Origin: an uncultured Bacillota bacterium
GTDB lineage: Bacteria; Bacillota_I; Bacilli_A; ML615J-28; CAG-313
Direction: 5' to 3'
NCBI GenBank assembly: GCA_900317575.1
Contig: ONHH01000069.1
Coordinates: 1 to 37,478 of the forward strand
Length of the DNA: 37,478 nt
A program made the position numbers and the translations under genes. The number at the start of each line of letters is the position of its first letter. Position 1 is the first letter of the stretch. This document shows positions 33,977 to 37,478 of this stretch, piece by piece. Under the pieces are notes generated by a model, which saw nothing but the letters and a program-made list of their open reading frames with translations, was not told where the DNA came from and did not search any database.

Positions 33977-34936
33977 ATGAAACTTGGATTAAAATCAACA
34001 ATTAAAAATATTATTATCGTTATAGTTGGAACCTTTGTTCTAGCCTTTGGTACAGCTGTATTTTTAGTACCATCAAATCTAGTAACCGGAGGAATGATTG
34101 GTATTGCGATAATCGCTGATAATATTTATTCAATACCTACGGGAAGTCTTCCATTTACATCAATTGATATCTATATATTTATTCTAGAATGGACATTATT
34201 TATTTTAGGCTTTATCTTTATTGGTAAGAGCTTTTCTTTAAAGACTCTTATTTCCGCAATCTTTTATCCATTATTTCTAGCATTATGTCAAAAGATGGTA
34301 TCTAATGATTTCTTAAATGGCTTCTTTGTCTTAAAATCAGAAGGCTATACATCAACACTTCTTTGTGCAGTATTTGGTGGTTTCTTAACTGGAGCGGGAG
34401 TTGCTATAACATTCCTTGGTGGTGGATCTACTGGTGGAACCGATATCATAGCTTTAATGTTATGCAAATTATTTAAAAGAGTTAAATCATCAACTATGAT
34501 ATTCTTTGTTGATGGCGCAATTGTTGTTCTTGGTGTCTTTGTCTTAAAAGATTTTGCGGTATCGCTCTTAGGTATTGTTGCAGCACAAATTTGTGCCTTT
34601 GCGGTAGATAAAATATTTGTCGGTCGTTCTCGTGCCTTTATTGCACAAATCATTAGTGAGAAATGGCAAGAAATATCCGATGCTATTATCAAAGAAACTG
34701 AAAGATCAACAACTATCTTAGATGTTGAAGGTGGCTATACTCATAAAGAAAGAAAGATGGTAATGGTATCATATACATTAAATGAATATTCTACTGTTTC
34801 AAGAATCGTCGCGTTAAATGATAAATATGCCTTTATGACTATTCACCAAGCACATGAAATTAATGGTGAAGGTTGGACTAGACCAAGTCCAGAAAGTGAA
34901 AATAATAAAAATGAAGAAGATAATAATCAAGCGTGA
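33977..34936 (+). CDS. YitT-family membrane protein (YitT_membrane + DUF2179)
   Basis: GGSTGGTDII motif, 5-6 TM helices. The C-terminal soluble domain TILDVEGGYT...MTIHQAHEINGEGW is typical of DUF2179. Confidence 0.8.
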   Translation: MKLGLKSTIKNIIIVIVGTFVLAFGTAVFLVPSNLVTGGMIGIAIIADNIYSIPTGSLPFTSIDIYIFILEWTLFILGFIFIGKSFSLKTLISAIFYPLFLALCQKMVSNDFLNGFFVLKSEGYTSTLLCAVFGGFLTGAGVAITFLGGGSTGGTDIIALMLCKLFKRVKSSTMIFFVDGAIVVLGVFVLKDFAVSLLGIVAAQICAFAVDKIFVGRSRAFIAQIISEKWQEISDAIIKETERSTTILDVEGGYTHKERKMVMVSYTLNEYSTVSRIVALNDKYAFMTIHQAHEINGEGWTRPSPESENNKNEEDNNQA

Positions 34937-36083
34937 AAAACCACAATTATTAAAAGAAGCATTTAATAAATCCCTATATTATATTGTCTTTTTAGTAATC
35001 TTTTTAGCTCTAATAATTGTTCAATCTATTAAATTAAAAGACCCATTTAGAACTAGTGAAGGACTTCTAGAAAGCTATGAAATAACTGAAGCTAAAGGAT
35101 TTAAAATCTACTCAATCAAATTAAAAGATGATAATGTTAAATATCTAATTGATGATAAAAAAGGACTAATCAAAGCTGAAGAATTAGTAGTTGATTCTAA
35201 AATAGTTTTACAATTTGTTCCTAGTTCAGCTGATAATGTTCAAGTATTTGAATTAAAAATTAATGATAATTTAAGCTTATCAATCCTTGATGATTACAAG
35301 AATCCAATCCTTTGGGGAATCATTGTATTAAGTATTTTTAGTGCTTTAATGATTGCGTTAATCATTTTAAGATTTATTAATACCTTAAAGAAACCATTAG
35401 AAGAAGAAATTGATTATGTTGAATTAATGCTAACAACTAATAAAATAATATCTAATAGTATGTTTGATTCAACTTACAGCATTCACCGGACTTTAAGAAT
35501 CTTTAGTGTCTTAAGAACTATTTTAGTATTTATGTGTTTTGTTCTATTAGCAGTAGCACTAATTACTCTTACATCAAATAATTTTTCACCAATTCTAATT
35601 GGTATTTATATGTTAATTCTTATTTTATTAGTCTTATGTATTCCACTTATTCATCCTCATTTTTACAGTAAAGATGCAAATATTTATGCAGAAGAATATA
35701 AGAAATATTTAAATGAAGGATCTACTGCAGCTTATTACCCAACTCCATTTAGCTTCTTAAAAGAAGGACTAAGATATGATAAAGATAATAATACTTCTTA
35801 TTATGATTATCATGAATTAAAATTATATATAACAGCTCTATATGCTAAAGGTGATTATGCAGTTAATCTATTTATCTGTAGTAATTTAGTAAATGATACT
35901 GATCAAATGGATGAAAGAAATGAATTTATTATCCCCCTAACATATAAGAATTATCAAGAAATATTATCTAATGGAATTGAAATATTAGGATTAAATAATC
36001 TATTAGATAATTTAGAAGATGAAATTAAAAAGAATACTAAATTTAAACATAAGAAATATAATGTAGTTAAGTATAACAATTAA
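34911..36083 (+). CDS. Membrane protein, function unknown
   Basis: Long ORF with at least 4 hydrophobic helices. The start is uncertain: ATG 34911 gives a basic N-terminus (MKKIIIKREK) but has a weak SD and overlaps the YitT gene by 26 nt. Confidence 0.5.
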   Translation: MKKIIIKREKPQLLKEAFNKSLYYIVFLVIFLALIIVQSIKLKDPFRTSEGLLESYEITEAKGFKIYSIKLKDDNVKYLIDDKKGLIKAEELVVDSKIVLQFVPSSADNVQVFELKINDNLSLSILDDYKNPILWGIIVLSIFSALMIALIILRFINTLKKPLEEEIDYVELMLTTNKIISNSMFDSTYSIHRTLRIFSVLRTILVFMCFVLLAVALITLTSNNFSPILIGIYMLILILLVLCIPLIHPHFYSKDANIYAEEYKKYLNEGSTAAYYPTPFSFLKEGLRYDKDNNTSYYDYHELKLYITALYAKGDYAVNLFICSNLVNDTDQMDERNEFIIPLTYKNYQEILSNGIEILGLNNLLDNLEDEIKKNTKFKHKKYNVVKYNN

Positions 36084-36118
36084 TTATAAACTTTAAAGCG
36101 AAATCTCTAAATCAATTC

Positions 36119-36127
36119 TGATAAAAT
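36119..36127 (+). promoter_or_regulatory. Extended -10 promoter (TGaTAAAAT)
   Basis: tgataaaat sits 29 nt upstream of ATG 36156. Strong SD agaggagg. Confidence 0.4.
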
Positions 36128-36155
36128 GGCAAAATAAATAAAAGAGGAGGTTTTT

Positions 36156-36950
36156 ATGAATAAAAAAATTTATTTTCTTTTACTAAGTATGTTAATATTG
36201 ATTGTATCTTGTTCGTCTAAACTTTCAGAATACACAACTGATAGTTTTGATAATAAAGAACTTGACTTAGTTGATGGTAGCGATGACGATATATTACGCT
36301 TTTTTGATATAACATATTTAAATACTTGGGCTTCAAATAAAGAAAATATATCTCAATTAAATCAACTTGTAAACGATGAAAATTATGTAGCAAATAGTGA
36401 ATCAAATACATATATATTAGTATTTAATACTTTTCAAGAAGTACCAACAGATAATATAAATCCTAACAATACTTTATATTCAAAATTTTATAGTGCAAAA
36501 GATGATCCAGATAATTGTTTTATTAATACTAAATTTACTTATCTTGACAATAAAAATGGCTGTAATTCATTTAGTTTATCAGGATTAACTCGATGTGGAA
36601 AAAAAGGGGGCATTTCTTCTTCCAATTATATACTTAGTTTTAATTTAATTTCGTTTTTATATAAAGGCGAAAATAACAATAATAATCTATCATTTGAACA
36701 TTATCAATATAGTAATTATGATACTCAATCTCATAAAAGTTATATGGAAGTATTAAAATATTGTCAAAGATTTATCACTAATATTTATTTTAATGATATT
36801 CTTGTTGGAAGAATTGGATATTATACACATAATAAAAAATCAATGTCAGAAGTAATTGAAAGATTAATAATAGAACATTCAAAATTTATTTCATATGAAG
36901 ATTTTATTAATCTATTGCCTAGTAATCCATCTCCAGAAAATAAAAATTAA
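36156..36950 (+). CDS. Lipoprotein, function unknown
   Basis: Lipobox LIVSC, strong SD, own promoter and terminator. No recognisable motifs. Confidence 0.55.
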   Translation: MNKKIYFLLLSMLILIVSCSSKLSEYTTDSFDNKELDLVDGSDDDILRFFDITYLNTWASNKENISQLNQLVNDENYVANSESNTYILVFNTFQEVPTDNINPNNTLYSKFYSAKDDPDNCFINTKFTYLDNKNGCNSFSLSGLTRCGKKGGISSSNYILSFNLISFLYKGENNNNNLSFEHYQYSNYDTQSHKSYMEVLKYCQRFITNIYFNDILVGRIGYYTHNKKSMSEVIERLIIEHSKFISYEDFINLLPSNPSPENKN

Positions 36951-36980
36951 ATCAGTTTGTATAACAAACTGATTTTTTTA
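36950..36980 (+). terminator. Rho-independent terminator
   Basis: atcagtttg-tataa-caaactgat followed by ttttttt. Confidence 0.7.
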
Positions 36981-36999
36981 AAAAATATATACAAAAATA

Positions 37000-37028
37000 T
37001 TGTAATGAAAAAAAGATTTCGATATAAT
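37000..37028 (+). promoter_or_regulatory. Promoter (TTGTAA, 17 nt, TATAAT)
   Basis: ttgtaa at 37000-37005 and tataat at 37023-37028, about 32 nt upstream of ATG 37060. Confidence 0.45.
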
Positions 37029-37059
37029 ATAGTCGAAATTAAAGGAATGGGATTTTACT

Positions 37060-37478
37060 ATGGAAAAATTAAAAGAATATAAGAATGGAAAATTATATTA
37101 TAACGGATATGATCTTGAAGAAATTGCTCTTAAAGAACATACTCCACTTAAGATAACATTCTTAGATATTATTAGAAAAAGAGTTCAATTATTAAAAGAA
37201 TCATTTGATTCATCAATTAAAGAATTAAATTATCAAGGAAAATTCATTTATCTTAATGCTAATAAAGCCAATTATGGTAAAGAAGAAATTGAAACAGCTT
37301 TCTTATTTAGTGATGGACTTGAAACTTCAAGTTATTATGATTTATTATTAACAGAAAAGTTATTTAAATTACATCCAGAATTTAAAAATAAATATTTAGT
37401 ATGTAATGGTTATAAATTGCATGATTATTTAGATACAATTATTAAATTACATAATGAAGGATATCACATCATTGATAT
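37060..37478 (+). CDS. speA: 5' part of a biosynthetic arginine decarboxylase-like PLP enzyme (SpeA family); runs off the window
   Basis: The order PLKITFLDIIRKRVQLLKESF...YQGKFIYLNANKAN...GLETSS...YLVCNGYK parallels E. coli SpeA (PALFCFPQIL...YNGDYFLVYPIKVNQ...GLEAGS...IVCNGYK). SD aaaggaa. Confidence 0.6.
   Translation, partial: MEKLKEYKNGKLYYNGYDLEEIALKEHTPLKITFLDIIRKRVQLLKESFDSSIKELNYQGKFIYLNANKANYGKEEIETAFLFSDGLETSSYYDLLLTEKLFKLHPEFKNKYLVCNGYKLHDYLDTIIKLHNEGYHIID

Noticed and set aside
34345-34692. 115-aa minus-strand ORF inside the YitT-family gene
   Set aside because: It is antisense to conserved YitT motifs (GGSTGGTD) and has no start signals.
36217-36411. 64-aa minus-strand ORF inside the 36156-36950 lipoprotein gene
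   Set aside because: It is antisense to a CDS with a strong SD, lipobox and terminator. It has no signals of its own.
1-37478. Alternative genetic code (TGA = Trp, Mycoplasma/Spiroplasma code 4)
   Set aside because: TGA terminates msrA (31749-31751) and the YitT-like gene (34934-36) at family-typical lengths. All long ORFs are intact under code 11, and Trp positions use TGG.
1-37478. Mobile elements, prophage or integrase genes, CRISPR arrays, tRNA/rRNA genes, riboswitch or T-box leaders
   Set aside because: There are no transposase or integrase-like ORFs, no inverted terminal repeats and no regularly spaced direct repeats. The longest spacer (226-473) has no tRNA-like arms. All 5' leaders are under about 45 nt from the predicted -10, too short for known riboswitch classes.

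Overview
Very AT-rich chromosomal segment with the standard genetic code: TGA is a stop (msrA ends at 31749-31751, the YitT-like gene at 34934-34936) and Trp is always TGG. It looks like a low-GC Firmicute, Erysipelotrichia or Acholeplasma-like organism, but taxonomy cannot be settled from this window. I support about 28 protein-coding genes, all on the + strand except one two-gene operon at 14554-17475. Most are separated by clear rho-independent terminators and TGnTATAAT-type promoters. I found no rRNA, tRNA, CRISPR array, IS element or integrase. Content in order: (i) signalling genes, namely a 7TM-GGDEF cyclase and a 7TM-HD-GYP phosphodiesterase; (ii) two separate TldD/PmbA protease pairs flanking a cytoplasmic GH3 beta-glucosidase, the first pair translationally coupled to the HD-GYP gene; (iii) a minus-strand operon encoding a STAS domain fused to an APH/protein-kinase-like domain, followed by a membrane PP2C phosphatase with a truncated RsbW-like tail; (iv) seven lipoproteins, all with Ser-Cys lipoboxes, including a histidine acid phosphatase, an M6/InhA-like metalloprotease, a 7x Big_2 + Amidase_2 giant and two tandem paralogues; (v) housekeeping genes (msrA, xth, pepC, a YitT-like gene, a YfcC-like gene, the speA-like 5' end). 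The best candidate for an undescribed system is the fused partner-switching-like module at 14554-17475, whose apparent output is a kinase domain rather than a sigma factor. The HD-GYP/TldD/PmbA operon is second. All domain calls come from motif recognition by eye, with no searches run.
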